Part shown: positions 53,647 through 62,645 of the stretch, piece by piece
Layout: every line of letters starts with the position of its first letter
How positions within the stretch are numbered: the stretch's first letter is position 1
Assembly (NCBI GenBank): GCA_965261085.1
Contig: OZ253442.1
Coordinates: 2,176,001-2,240,000 of the forward strand
Origin: a bacterium
Lineage (GTDB): Bacteria; UBA8248
DNA: 64,000 nucleotides
Direction of reading: 5' to 3'
Translations under genes and position numbers: made by a program
Notes under the pieces: model-generated
Told to the model about the DNA's origin: nothing
Seen by the model: the letters and a program-made list of their open reading frames with translations, nothing else
The model's database searches: none

Positions 53647-53853
53647 TCAATTCTTCTCCATCGTCTCCAATTGCGTCTTGATAGCGAGCTTTTCTTTTTT
53701 AAGCAGTTTTATCTGCTGTTGCTCTTCCGGGGATGGGAATCGAATATTTTCAAGAGCGAGAATCTTTTCATCTAAAACGGCGTGTTCTTTTTTCAGGTGC
53801 GCGAGTTCATCGTCCAGATTCAGTGCTTCTTCCACTTTTTCGGTTGTTTCCAA
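53647..53853 (-). CDS. DUF465/YdcH-family small protein
   Basis: EH..LD..I..LE and LKKEKL.IK coiled-coil pattern. RBS GAGGAG precedes the TTG start. Confidence 0.8.
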   Translation of the reverse strand: METTEKVEEALNLDDELAHLKKEHAVLDEKILALENIRFPSPEEQQQIKLLKKEKLAIKTQLETMEKN

Positions 53854-53960
53854 TGAAGAATCTCCTCGTAGGTATCCATGGCGGCAATTACAGAGTTTGA
53901 TTTGGGCTTGCCGTATAGTTAGCAAATAATCTTCTAATCTACGAAATATTGAACCGGGAA

Positions 53961-54707
53961 TCAACCCTGAGGGTCCGGCCACTTGGTTTGCGCTTGAGAT
54001 TTTCGACAATAGTTCAGAGAAATTTTGTCGCTATGCGAAGGCATTTGATTTTGGAGGGCTCTCTGGGTCAGCCATGCGGTCGCAACAGCCGAGGAATCAA
54101 TTTCAGAATGTGAGAACGATTCTCCAGGAACTCCAATAGCAAAAGTTTTTGGCAATCCCACTTTTTGGCCCGTCAGCAGCGTATGGCCATCCTCTGGAGG
54201 TTGGAACTCGTCTTGCGCGATGATTTCATCCTCCTGGATGCGGGAGAGGACATTTCCCCGGGGTAATTCCGGGTTCCTGGATACTTCAAACAACGCGGTA
54301 AACAGCTCCCCGTATCTGGCGTCTCGATAGGGGAGAATGTAATCGGGCAGGCTGCGGCCCGCGCGCATTTCATTCAACAGTGCGGCCATCGCCATGGTTT
54401 CCAAAGATGAAAAACCATATAGCGGACAGCCCAAGCCCAATGAAAGCCCTTTTGCGCAAGAGAGTCCTACTCTTAGCCCGGTAAAGGCGCCTGGCCCTAC
54501 GCTAACTCCAATGGCCTGAATCATTTTTGTATCGATGTTTCTTGAATTCAAGAGTTGCTCTACTTGCGGCAAGAGCGTCTTTGAAATGCGGATTTCTTCT
54601 GATAGAAGCACCTCTTCCTCGTTCCCATTTGGACAAAGCACTGCGCATTTTCCTTTTGGTATTGAAGTATCAAAGGCCAAGATATAAGAGGTTTTTGTTT
54701 CATCCAT
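53961..54707 (-). CDS. tsaB: tRNA threonylcarbamoyladenosine biosynthesis protein TsaB
   Basis: LAFDTS, GPGAFTGLRVG and DAR motifs. Confidence 0.9.
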   Translation of the reverse strand: MDETKTSYILAFDTSIPKGKCAVLCPNGNEEEVLLSEEIRISKTLLPQVEQLLNSRNIDTKMIQAIGVSVGPGAFTGLRVGLSCAKGLSLGLGCPLYGFSSLETMAMAALLNEMRAGRSLPDYILPYRDARYGELFTALFEVSRNPELPRGNVLSRIQEDEIIAQDEFQPPEDGHTLLTGQKVGLPKTFAIGVPGESFSHSEIDSSAVATAWLTQRALQNQMPSHSDKISLNYCRKSQAQTKWPDPQG

Positions 54708-54722
54708 CTAGTTGCGAACGCC

Positions 54723-55364
54723 TCAAGTGTTTTGAGAGAGATAAAATGACAAGTGTTCCAGTTCGCTGCCCAAATCCACATTTTTGACCTTTACATGCCG
54801 GGGCGTTTGAATTTGGGTGGGAGCGAAATTTAATATGCCCGTAATGCCGGCATTAACGAGTGCAGTCCCTACGTTTTGAGCACTTTCGCTCGGCACTGCG
54901 ATGATGCCGATCTTGATCTGTTTTTCCTGCACGACTTCATGCAAATTCGACATCGGCAACACCGGAAGGGAGCCGGTACGGTGAGCTGGTATTTTTTGGG
55001 GGAATTTGTCGAAGACGGCGTCAATCTCAAAGCCATGAGCCAGAAAACCTTTATATGCCAATAGCGCTGAACCGAGATTTCCCGCTCCGACGAGCACGAC
55101 TTTCCATGTTTGGGTAACACCCAGGATTTTCTTGAGGTTGTACCTCAACTCCTTGATGTAATAGCCTTTTCCGCGGACGCCGAATTCACCGAAATAGGCG
55201 AGATCTTTTCTGATTTGCGCAGGCTTGAATCCGCACCGCTGCGCCAGGTCGGCGGACGCGATGAGTTCGGTTCCCTCGTTTGTTGCTTGCTCCAGGATTC
55301 GGGCGTAAGTGGACAATCGGTTGACGGTCGCCTCTGGAATTTTTGTTTTCGTGTTTTCCCACAT
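54723..55364 (-). CDS. rex: Redox-sensing transcriptional repressor Rex
   Basis: IP.AT..RL..Y, QIRKDL.YFG..G.RG.GY, GAGNLG and NFAP motifs. Confidence 0.95.
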   Translation of the reverse strand: MWENTKTKIPEATVNRLSTYARILEQATNEGTELIASADLAQRCGFKPAQIRKDLAYFGEFGVRGKGYYIKELRYNLKKILGVTQTWKVVLVGAGNLGSALLAYKGFLAHGFEIDAVFDKFPQKIPAHRTGSLPVLPMSNLHEVVQEKQIKIGIIAVPSESAQNVGTALVNAGITGILNFAPTQIQTPRHVKVKNVDLGSELEHLSFYLSQNT

Positions 55365-55396
55365 TCACTTTATGGCCAACTGAAATCCGAAAACGC

Positions 55397-55431
55397 AAAA
55401 AGGGGGGAGCTTGAAAGCTCCCCCTTTTTTT
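55397..55431 (-). terminator. Intrinsic (bidirectional) terminator after atpE
   Basis: AAAAAGGGGGGAGCT-TGAA-AGCTCCCCCTTTTTTT hairpin with A/T tracts on both sides. Confidence 0.85.
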
Positions 55432-55453
55432 ACGTGTTGCGAACGCGTTTTAT

Positions 55454-55774
55454 CTAACCAAGGATGATGATGAGGCAGATGACGAACGTATAAATGACAA
55501 GGGACTCGATTAAAGCGAGACCGATGATCATCGACACGCGGATATCTCCGCCTGCACCCGGGTTGCGCGCCGTGCCGTCCAACGCACTGGCAATGCTCCT
55601 GCCCTGGGCGAAAGCACCAGCGGCGGCGGCGATGGCCAAAGCGAATGACGAGGAGATCATTCTCCATTTCAGAACTTCACTGCTTCCGGCATCACCGGCG
55701 GCAGCGGCGAACGCATTGGTGGCCATGGCTACAAAGCCGGCTAAGGTGAATCCGATTATTCCCAAACGTTTCAT
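55454..55774 (-). CDS. atpE: ATP synthase F0 subunit c (N-terminal extension)
   Basis: ARNP loop and IESLVIY carboxylate helix. Confidence 0.95.
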   Translation of the reverse strand: MKRLGIIGFTLAGFVAMATNAFAAAAGDAGSSEVLKWRMISSSFALAIAAAAGAFAQGRSIASALDGTARNPGAGGDIRVSMIIGLALIESLVIYTFVICLIIILG

Positions 55775-55820
55775 GCCTTACATCTCCTTGTTGAAGTGAT
55801 TTCTATATGGACCGTTATTG

Positions 55821-56540
55821 TTAATGAGCGTGGGCGGCCTCATGTCCATGTTCTTCGTCGTGATCGTGTCCTTCAAGAGACCCGGCGATATATATCATGG
55901 TCAAGAGGGTGAAAACAAAGGCTTGTATGAAACTTCCGAAAATAATGAACATTTGCATCGCCCAGGGAAGGGGAAGGAAAATTTGCAGGCACAACAGCAT
56001 CAGAACGCCGAGCACCAATTCCTCTCCCGTAATGTTTCCGAAAAGGCGCAGAGTGAGCGATAGAGGACGGCTGAGATGCGAAATGATTTCGATGGGAATC
56101 ATGAGCGGAGCCAGCCAGATGATGGGACCCGTGAAATGCTTGAGATACACCACCCCGTTTCTCTTGAGTCCAATATAGTGTGTAGCGAGAAATACGGTGA
56201 GAGCGCAACCCACGTTGGTGTTCAGGTTGCTCGTTGGCGCCATGAAGCCGGGTATAATTCCAATGACGTTACACAGGAAAATATAGGTGCCTAGTGTGAA
56301 TACAAGGGGGAAAAAGGGTTTTCCCTCTTTGCCGAGGGGGCCTTCCATGAAGGCGGAAAACGCATCGAAAATCGCCTCGAACACGTTTTGCCCGCCAACG
56401 GGTATCTTTTGAAGCGCTTTGGTGACGAGCAATGAACTCACGATGATGAGCAGCATCACTACCCAGCTGTATACGATGTTTGGATAGGCGGACAGCCCCG
56501 GGAAGACGTCGAAATATAAGAACGGGTGAAATTTTTCCAT
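55821..56540 (-). CDS. atpB: ATP synthase F0 subunit a
   Basis: PTSN, RPLSLTLRLFGN and IQAFVF.LL..IY motifs. Confidence 0.96.
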   Translation of the reverse strand: MEKFHPFLYFDVFPGLSAYPNIVYSWVVMLLIIVSSLLVTKALQKIPVGGQNVFEAIFDAFSAFMEGPLGKEGKPFFPLVFTLGTYIFLCNVIGIIPGFMAPTSNLNTNVGCALTVFLATHYIGLKRNGVVYLKHFTGPIIWLAPLMIPIEIISHLSRPLSLTLRLFGNITGEELVLGVLMLLCLQIFLPLPWAMQMFIIFGSFIQAFVFTLLTMIYIAGSLEGHDHDEEHGHEAAHAH

Positions 56541-56543
56541 TTG

Positions 56544-56933
56544 TTATGCTCTTGTCGATCCTTGTATTCGGAGGGCGCTTTTAGCCCCGTGGACGAATAT
56601 GGCTAATGGTGGAACGGTCAGCCCTATCACCACGCTCACGACGGGAAGTCGCATCCAACCTATCGCAAGCGCCACGATCCCCATGAGAGCAAAGAATCGC
56701 AAAATGTATAAGACGTGGTGCCACCATTGGGGGCGGTTCATGTTTTTCCGGAAAATGCGGGCGAAGTATACATCCATCATTCGAAAACTTCCAAGCGCGC
56801 ACGCTCCGCCAATCGCCAAGCCGACGGCTGTCGAAACATCCTTGAGAATCAGTCCCGCCATGCTCATGAGCGCCAGAATCAGCCAGCCGGAGTTCTCGAT
56901 GCTTCTAAGGGCGAGTGATGGTTGGTTTCGCAT
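56544..56933 (-). CDS. atpI: ATP synthase protein I
   Basis: Four-TM 129-aa protein with an LRF motif, directly upstream of atpB. Confidence 0.8.
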   Translation of the reverse strand: MRNQPSLALRSIENSGWLILALMSMAGLILKDVSTAVGLAIGGACALGSFRMMDVYFARIFRKNMNRPQWWHHVLYILRFFALMGIVALAIGWMRLPVVSVVIGLTVPPLAIFVHGAKSALRIQGSTRA

Positions 56934-57197
56934 TCAGCGAACGCCTCTGATGAGATCGATAAAAGCGGAAACAAAACCCAAAAACAATCCGACCACTATT
57001 GCCCAGGGATATGAATCGACATATAAATCAATGACATATCCAATTCCGCCGCCTACGAGCGGCGCGGTCACGAAGTTCCATCCCAACGTCGCGAGATGCA
57101 CGTTTCGAACACCTCTGCGAATTTTCCGATCTCGTGACTTGGTCGTTTTCTTCGCCCGTGGCCCGCGACTTGGCTCTGGAGAAGGATCGGAGGCCAT
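56934..57197 (-). CDS. atpZ: AtpZ/AtpI-family protein
   Basis: G..IGY.ID......PW...GL.LG pattern; first gene of the atp cluster. Confidence 0.8.
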   Translation of the reverse strand: MASDPSPEPSRGPRAKKTTKSRDRKIRRGVRNVHLATLGWNFVTAPLVGGGIGYVIDLYVDSYPWAIVVGLFLGFVSAFIDLIRGVR

Positions 57198-57565
57198 TCC
57201 CTTCTTTCTCCTCGGATGAGAAGTTGCGGCAACGAAATTTACGGGCGGGAACGTATCAACACAGCCGGTGGGTGTCAAGAGACTCGGGTGTCTTGGCGAG
57301 AAATAGTCTTTTTCCCCGCAAATCCGCGCATTTCCCGTCATCTTGGGAGTCGCGGACCATGGCAGAATTCCCTTGCGTCGCGATGCCGCGGCGTTCTCCC
57401 CCCCCCAAAATAAATTGTCAGAAATTTATCGAAAAACATCGTGAATTTATCGATATTTATCGTATTGTTCAGTATTTCCGAATCGCCTTGAGCGGGGGCG
57501 GATCGACCGATCCGCGCAGGGATTCTCGCGCATCCCACCGATGACGCTTTCACGGCAAATGCGGG

Positions 57566-58846
57566 TTATCCCGCGGGTTGAACGAGGGTGTGCGTCATAT
57601 CCTTGCTTCTGCTCATTTTTTCTCTGGAGGGGTAGGAGAGTACGAAGAACAACGAGGCGACTCCGGTCAGGATGCTGAACAGGATGGATAGCGTATAATT
57701 ACCCGTCAGATCGTGAAGCAGCCCGCCCATGAACCCGCCCGTGGCCATTCCCGCGCTCGCGCCGGTAATGAAGGCCCCGAACAGGATGCCTATTTTTTTC
57801 GGACCATAGTATTCGCGCGTGACCACGGGGTACATCGTCCCGTGTCCTCCCATGCCGACCCCGACCACCAGGGCGACGCCATAGAACGCGAAGGGAGAAT
57901 CTACCCATAACAGGAAGGGAACAGCTGATGTTTGCGTCACGAGCGTGGTGAACAATGCCCATTTTGGGCCGATGCGGTCCGACAGTATTCCCAGACCTAT
58001 CCGGCCGATGAGCGTTCCGAGACCCAGGACGCCGACGAGGCCCGCCGCCTGTAGGTGCGGTATGCCTGCCTCAATCGCCATGGGCACCAGGTGAACGATG
58101 AGAACCGAGTGGCACATGCAGTCGGTGGCGTGGCTTGAAATGATCATCCAAAACGGCCTGCGCTTGAGAATTTCCCGCATTCCCATGGATGCTTCCGGCA
58201 GTATCGGGGCGGATTCTTCCGGTCTGTTCGGGGGATTCTTCGAGGTGTCGCCGTCCGTTCCGCGCTGCCTTGGCGGTGCGAGAGCCATTGCAGCGGGTAT
58301 GGCGAGAACAAAAAATATGACGCCCAGGTACAGATAGGAGACTCTCCATCCGTGATTGCTGATGAAAAAGCCGGTGAGGGGCGCCAGGATCAATATGCCG
58401 AGTCCGGTGCCCGAGCCGGCCAGCCCGGTGGCCAGCCCCCGGTGTCTGGTCAGGTTTCGCTGGATAAAAGCCTGGACGGGCGTTGCGATGGCCGCGCGTC
58501 CCGTGCCCGCCATCACGCCGGTGAACAGGAAGTAGTGCCATAAATTCTGGATGAAGAAAGAAAGAAGCAGCGAACCGCCTGCGATCAGAATCCCGACGAT
58601 CAGCACGGGTCTCGTGCCGAATTTATCGGAGAAGCCGCCCGCAATCATCGAGCAGAACGCTATCATGAACATGTTGAGGGAATACGCCGCCGAGGCCGTC
58701 GAGCGGTTCCAGGCGAATTCATCAATCAGGGGGTTCAGGAATACGCCGAAAAGAAAATTAAGGCCCGAGAAGAGCCCCATGAGGACGAAAGCGGAGACGA
58801 TGAAAATCCATTGTCCGGGTGAGAATAAACGATCTCTTTGTTCCAA
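57566..58846 (-). CDS. MFS transporter (OFA/monocarboxylate-like)
   Basis: About 12 TM segments; G.FSDKFGTR and GILSDRIG loop motifs. Confidence 0.9.
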   Translation of the reverse strand: MEQRDRLFSPGQWIFIVSAFVLMGLFSGLNFLFGVFLNPLIDEFAWNRSTASAAYSLNMFMIAFCSMIAGGFSDKFGTRPVLIVGILIAGGSLLLSFFIQNLWHYFLFTGVMAGTGRAAIATPVQAFIQRNLTRHRGLATGLAGSGTGLGILILAPLTGFFISNHGWRVSYLYLGVIFFVLAIPAAMALAPPRQRGTDGDTSKNPPNRPEESAPILPEASMGMREILKRRPFWMIISSHATDCMCHSVLIVHLVPMAIEAGIPHLQAAGLVGVLGLGTLIGRIGLGILSDRIGPKWALFTTLVTQTSAVPFLLWVDSPFAFYGVALVVGVGMGGHGTMYPVVTREYYGPKKIGILFGAFITGASAGMATGGFMGGLLHDLTGNYTLSILFSILTGVASLFFVLSYPSREKMSRSKDMTHTLVQPAG

Positions 58847-59120
58847 ATACGTTTTCCCAAAAATGCAGCGGAAAGGTTTGAATAATGGCTATGTAACGCT
58901 CATCCTAGGAGATGTAGTGCTTGCCCGCAAGCGGGTCGGGCGATTCTCCCCTAATTTTCACCTCCCTTGGTTGCCCTTCCTGCCTGCTATCGTGTAAGCA
59001 GTTCTCTTTGCGCCCCTGAGCGCAAACCCTCAGGGCGAGGGGCTGTTGAAAAAGTCCCAAATTCGTGATTCGGTGTATGTAGCCGATGGAGGAGGAAGGA
59101 GACAACACTCCCCCCTTGAG

Positions 59121-59333
59121 GGGGTTGTTGAAAAAGCCCCCCTGACAAGGGGGGTTGGGGGTCGAACGCGACCGGGGAGGGAGCGTTCATGGCAAGGAAG
59201 GATGGGGGGGAGTCGGAGGGAATAGTACTTTACCCGTCCCGCTCGCCCTCCCTCGGCTGGAAACCAACCCCTTGGCCCCCCTTGTCAGGGGGGTAAAGGC
59301 CATGCGCCCGACGAGGGGTTTTTCAACAGCCCC
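59121..59333. mobile_element. 213-bp MITE with IS1182-type ends
   Basis: GGGGTTGTTGAAAAA...TTTTTCAACAGCCCC flanked by a TTGAG direct repeat. Confidence 0.85.
59137..59293. repeat. Inverted palindromic repeat pair CCCCCCTGACAAGGGGGG / CCCCCCTTGTCAGGGGGG
   Basis: Perfect 18-bp inverted pair at 59137-59154 and 59276-59293; each half is itself a hairpin. Confidence 0.85.
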
Positions 59334-59442
59334 TTGAGGGTCGGGCATCCCGAGGGGAATGCCCGAAGGTGAGCTAAGGGCGTAAGCCTGCAAGCGAACC
59401 GGTGGGGGGTCAAACACTCGTCTTGTATGGCCACCGTATCGA

Positions 59443-59554
59443 CCTCATCCTGAGTAGGCGCGCAAGCGCCGTATCGAAGGATGGGAGGCGCTACTCCCTC
59501 GGAGGCGAGAACTTCGCCCTTCGATACGCGGCTTCGCCGCTACTCAGGGTGAGG
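59443..59554. repeat. REP-like cruciform repeat (CCTCATCCTGAGTAG...CGTATCGAAGG...CCTTCGATACG...CTACTCAGGGTGAGG)
   Basis: Nested inverted repeats read directly from the sequence. Confidence 0.8.
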
Positions 59555-59595
59555 CGGAGTGGCGGGTAGCTCAAGGGGTCAAACGCGAGTGATGA

Positions 59596-61117
59596 GGGGT
59601 TGTTGAAAAACCCCTGACTCTATGCTTGGATGTATGGATATTACGCGCCCGAGAAGGGAATATCCGCGATGTTGGGACGCAAGAACCGCGCCCAGATGGA
59701 TTTGTTCATCACCGGTTCGCTGGAGAGGTTGATTCCCGAGGATCACATATTGGCCCGCGTGAACCGCGTTCTGGACCTGAGTTGGCTGCGCGAGGAAGTG
59801 GCGGATTGTTATTGCGCGGACAACGGCCGTCCTGGGATCGACCCCGAAGTGGCGGTTCGGTTGATGTTGGCGGGCCTTCTGCTGGGGTTCGTGCACGACC
59901 GTCGGTTGATGCGCGAGGCGCAGGTGAACATCGCGATCCGGTGGTTCATCGGTTACGGGCTGGAGGATCGGCTGCCGGATCATTCGAGCCTGACGCGGAT
60001 ACGGCAGCGCTGGGGGGAGGCCCGGTTCCGGGAGATATTCCGCCGCACGGTCCGTGCGTGCCTGGATGCGAAGGTGGCCAAGGCCGAAGTCGTGCACGTG
60101 GACGCCTCATTGATCCGCGCGGACGTGAGTTGGGAGAGTCTGGTGGAGCGTCACGTGGACGAGGTGATAGCGGAGAACCCCGTCGAGGAGGAGGCCGGGA
60201 AGAAGGGTGGAGGAGGCCGCCGTGGCGGGGGTTCCGGGAAGGTGAGCCGGACGGACCCGGACGCGCGGCTGGCGAGAACGGGCGGGGGATTCGAGCCGAG
60301 CTACAAGCAGCACGCTGTGGTGGACGACACGCGCGGGGTGGTGCTCGACGTATCGGTGACGGAGGGTACGGTGAACGAGCGTGAGGTGCTCGAATCGCAG
60401 GTGGAAGCGGTATGCGAGGTATCGGGGCGCGCGCCCGCGATGGTGACGGCGGACTCTGGCTACGCCTACTCGAAGGTCTACGCGGCCCTGGAGCGCCGGG
60501 GTGTGGCCGCGCTCATTCCGGCGAAGAGGGAACCCTCGCAGAGCCGTGTTCCGTTGCGCCTGTTCCGCTACGACGCGCGGCACGACATCGTGAAGTGTCC
60601 GCGCGGCAAGATACTGAGCCCCCGTCGGCCCGCAAAGGGGGGGCGTTATTATCGTTCGAAGACCCGTGATTGCGCGGGCTGCGCGCTTCGCGAGGATTGC
60701 CTGCCGAAGGCGTGGTCGAGCAAGGTGGTGTTGGTTCCGCATGCGTATCCGGCGCTGTTGCGCGCGCGCCGGCGCCATGCGCGATGGAGGGAGGAGGAGC
60801 GGCGGATGTACCGGCGTCATATGTGGCGCTCGGAGGGCTACCACGGCGAGGCGAAGACCTGGCACGGGCTTGCGCGCGCGGTGCGGCGCGGTCTTGAGAA
60901 CATGAAGATACAGTCCTACCTGACGGCGGCGGCGATCAACCTCAAGCGGCTCTCCGCCGCACTTGCTGCAAGGTTATTCGCCCTCTGGAGGGCCTGGTCG
61001 GCCCGGGAAGAGCCTCTGTGCGTCCATCGCGGCCTCGCAAGCTGCGTGGGCTTCCTGTCCGCCGCCGCGTGACCCTCCATACCGCCCGCTCCCGAAACCG
61101 GGTTATTCAACAACCCC
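59596..61117 (+). mobile_element. IS1182-family insertion sequence (1522 bp)
   Basis: IRL GGGGTTGTTGAAAAA, IRR TTATTCAACAACCCC, perfect GATGA target duplication (59591-59595 / 61118-61122). Confidence 0.92.
59669..61072 (+). CDS. IS1182-family DDE transposase
   Basis: IPEDH.L, GRPGIDP, PDHSSL.R.RQR, VDAS, TDPDA, ADSGY, CPRG...C..C.LR..C and R...E...G..K...G motifs. Confidence 0.92.
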   Translation: MLGRKNRAQMDLFITGSLERLIPEDHILARVNRVLDLSWLREEVADCYCADNGRPGIDPEVAVRLMLAGLLLGFVHDRRLMREAQVNIAIRWFIGYGLEDRLPDHSSLTRIRQRWGEARFREIFRRTVRACLDAKVAKAEVVHVDASLIRADVSWESLVERHVDEVIAENPVEEEAGKKGGGGRRGGGSGKVSRTDPDARLARTGGGFEPSYKQHAVVDDTRGVVLDVSVTEGTVNEREVLESQVEAVCEVSGRAPAMVTADSGYAYSKVYAALERRGVAALIPAKREPSQSRVPLRLFRYDARHDIVKCPRGKILSPRRPAKGGRYYRSKTRDCAGCALREDCLPKAWSSKVVLVPHAYPALLRARRRHARWREEERRMYRRHMWRSEGYHGEAKTWHGLARAVRRGLENMKIQSYLTAAAINLKRLSAALAARLFALWRAWSAREEPLCVHRGLASCVGFLSAAA

Positions 61118-61231
61118 GATGAGCGAGCGTTTGCCGCGACCGGGGCGGCGAATGCGCCGCAGGCATTTTCCCCTTGAGGGGCTTTTTCAACAACCCCGGT
61201 GAGATATGGTTTGAAAAAGGAACATCTAAAG

Positions 61232-62644
61232 ATGTCGAGGCGCGAAGTGAAGTCTAAAAGTGCAAAAACCCGAAAACCCTGGGGCGGAAGATTCCAGGAA
61301 GGGACCGATGCGCGCGTGGAGGCTTTCACCGAGAGCGTTTCGTTCGACTACCGTCTGGCGCCGTATGACATCCTTGCTTCCGTCGCGCATGCGGAGATGC
61401 TGGGGGCGCAAGACATCATCACGAAAGCCGATGCCCGCGCAATCGTCTCTGGCCTCAAGGCTATTCTCCGGGAAGTGGAGGCGGACAAGTTCGAATTCCA
61501 GGCCGAGCTCGAAGATGTGCACATGAATGTCGAGGCGGCTCTGACGAAGCGAATCGGAGCCGTTGGCGGTCGATTGCATACCGCCCGGAGCCGAAACGAC
61601 CAGGTGGCCACGTCGCTCAGGCTGTGGCTCAGAAACCGGGTCGACGAGGTGCAAGAAGCGCTTTTGGCGCTGAGGCGCGCCTTGCTGGCGCAAGCGGAGT
61701 CGCACGTCGACACCGTGATGCCCGGCTACACGCACTTACAGCGCGCGCAGCCTGTTTCTTTGGCGCATCATTTGCTCGCATATTCCCAGATGTTGCGGCG
61801 CGACGGAGAGCGTTTTGGCGAAGTGCGCGCCCGGGTCAATGTTTTGCCGCTGGGCGCGGGCGCGCTTGCGGGCGCCAGCCACCCGATAGATAGAAAAAGT
61901 GTAGCGAAAAAGCTCGGGTTCACCTCCGTTGCAGAAAACAGCATGGACGCCGTGAGCGATCGGGATTTCGCCCTGGAGTTCACGGCGGCGGCCTCCATTT
62001 GCATGATGCACTTGAGCAGGTTGGGAGAGGAGGTCTGTCTTTGGGCGAGCGGGGAGTTCGGCTTTGTCGAGCTGGCGGATTCCTTCGCCACGGGCAGTTC
62101 CTTGATGCCCCAGAAAAAAAACCCCGACGTGGCCGAGATCGTCCGGGGCAAGAGTGGGCGCGTTTTTGGAGATTTCATCGCCTTGCTCACCTTGATGAAA
62201 GGGTTGCCGCTTACCTATAACCGCGATATGCAGGAGGACAAGGAATCCTTGTTCGATGCCGCAGATACGCTGTTGGCCTGTTTGGGAGTCATGGCGCCCA
62301 TGGTTGAATCCATGAAGTTTCAGCCGCAGGCAATGGCGCAAGCCGCCGAGGGTGGGTACATGACGGCGACGGATCTGGCGGATGCCATGGTGCGTCGCGG
62401 CATTCCCTTCAGGGAGGCGCACGAGGCGGCGGGGCGCGCCGTGAGAATCGCTATCGACAAGGGAGTGGCGCTCAAGGAGTTGAGCGCTAAGGACCTGAAG
62501 CAAGCCGACTCCCAACTCGATTTAGATGATTTGGAGGAAACGGATTTGAAGAAATCCTTGCGCTCGAGAAACAGTTTGGGCGGCGCTTCGAAGAGAAGCG
62601 TCAGGGCCCAGATACGGGCTGAAAAAAAACACTTGGGGATTTAG
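61232..62644 (+). CDS. argH: Argininosuccinate lyase
   Basis: WGGRF, RSRNDQ, GYTHLQ.AQP and GSSLMPQKKNPD motifs. Confidence 0.97.
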   Translation: MSRREVKSKSAKTRKPWGGRFQEGTDARVEAFTESVSFDYRLAPYDILASVAHAEMLGAQDIITKADARAIVSGLKAILREVEADKFEFQAELEDVHMNVEAALTKRIGAVGGRLHTARSRNDQVATSLRLWLRNRVDEVQEALLALRRALLAQAESHVDTVMPGYTHLQRAQPVSLAHHLLAYSQMLRRDGERFGEVRARVNVLPLGAGALAGASHPIDRKSVAKKLGFTSVAENSMDAVSDRDFALEFTAAASICMMHLSRLGEEVCLWASGEFGFVELADSFATGSSLMPQKKNPDVAEIVRGKSGRVFGDFIALLTLMKGLPLTYNRDMQEDKESLFDAADTLLACLGVMAPMVESMKFQPQAMAQAAEGGYMTATDLADAMVRRGIPFREAHEAAGRAVRIAIDKGVALKELSAKDLKQADSQLDLDDLEETDLKKSLRSRNSLGGASKRSVRAQIRAEKKHLGI

Positions 62645-62645
62645 G

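Larger units (their letters stand above)
59039..61197. mobile_element. Outer composite/non-autonomous element with IS1182-type ends
   Basis: IRL GGGGCTGTTGAAAAA at 59039, IRR TTTTTCAACAACCCC ending 61197, flanked by GGCGA / GGTGA (imperfect TSD). Confidence 0.65.

Noticed and set aside
59034-59600. CRISPR array or integron attC cassettes
   Set aside because: The repeats are inverted and nested, not regularly spaced direct repeats with unique spacers; no cas or intI gene is present.
59579-60905. Overlapping and antisense ORFs in the IS
   Set aside because: Typical shadow ORFs of a high-GC transposase gene.
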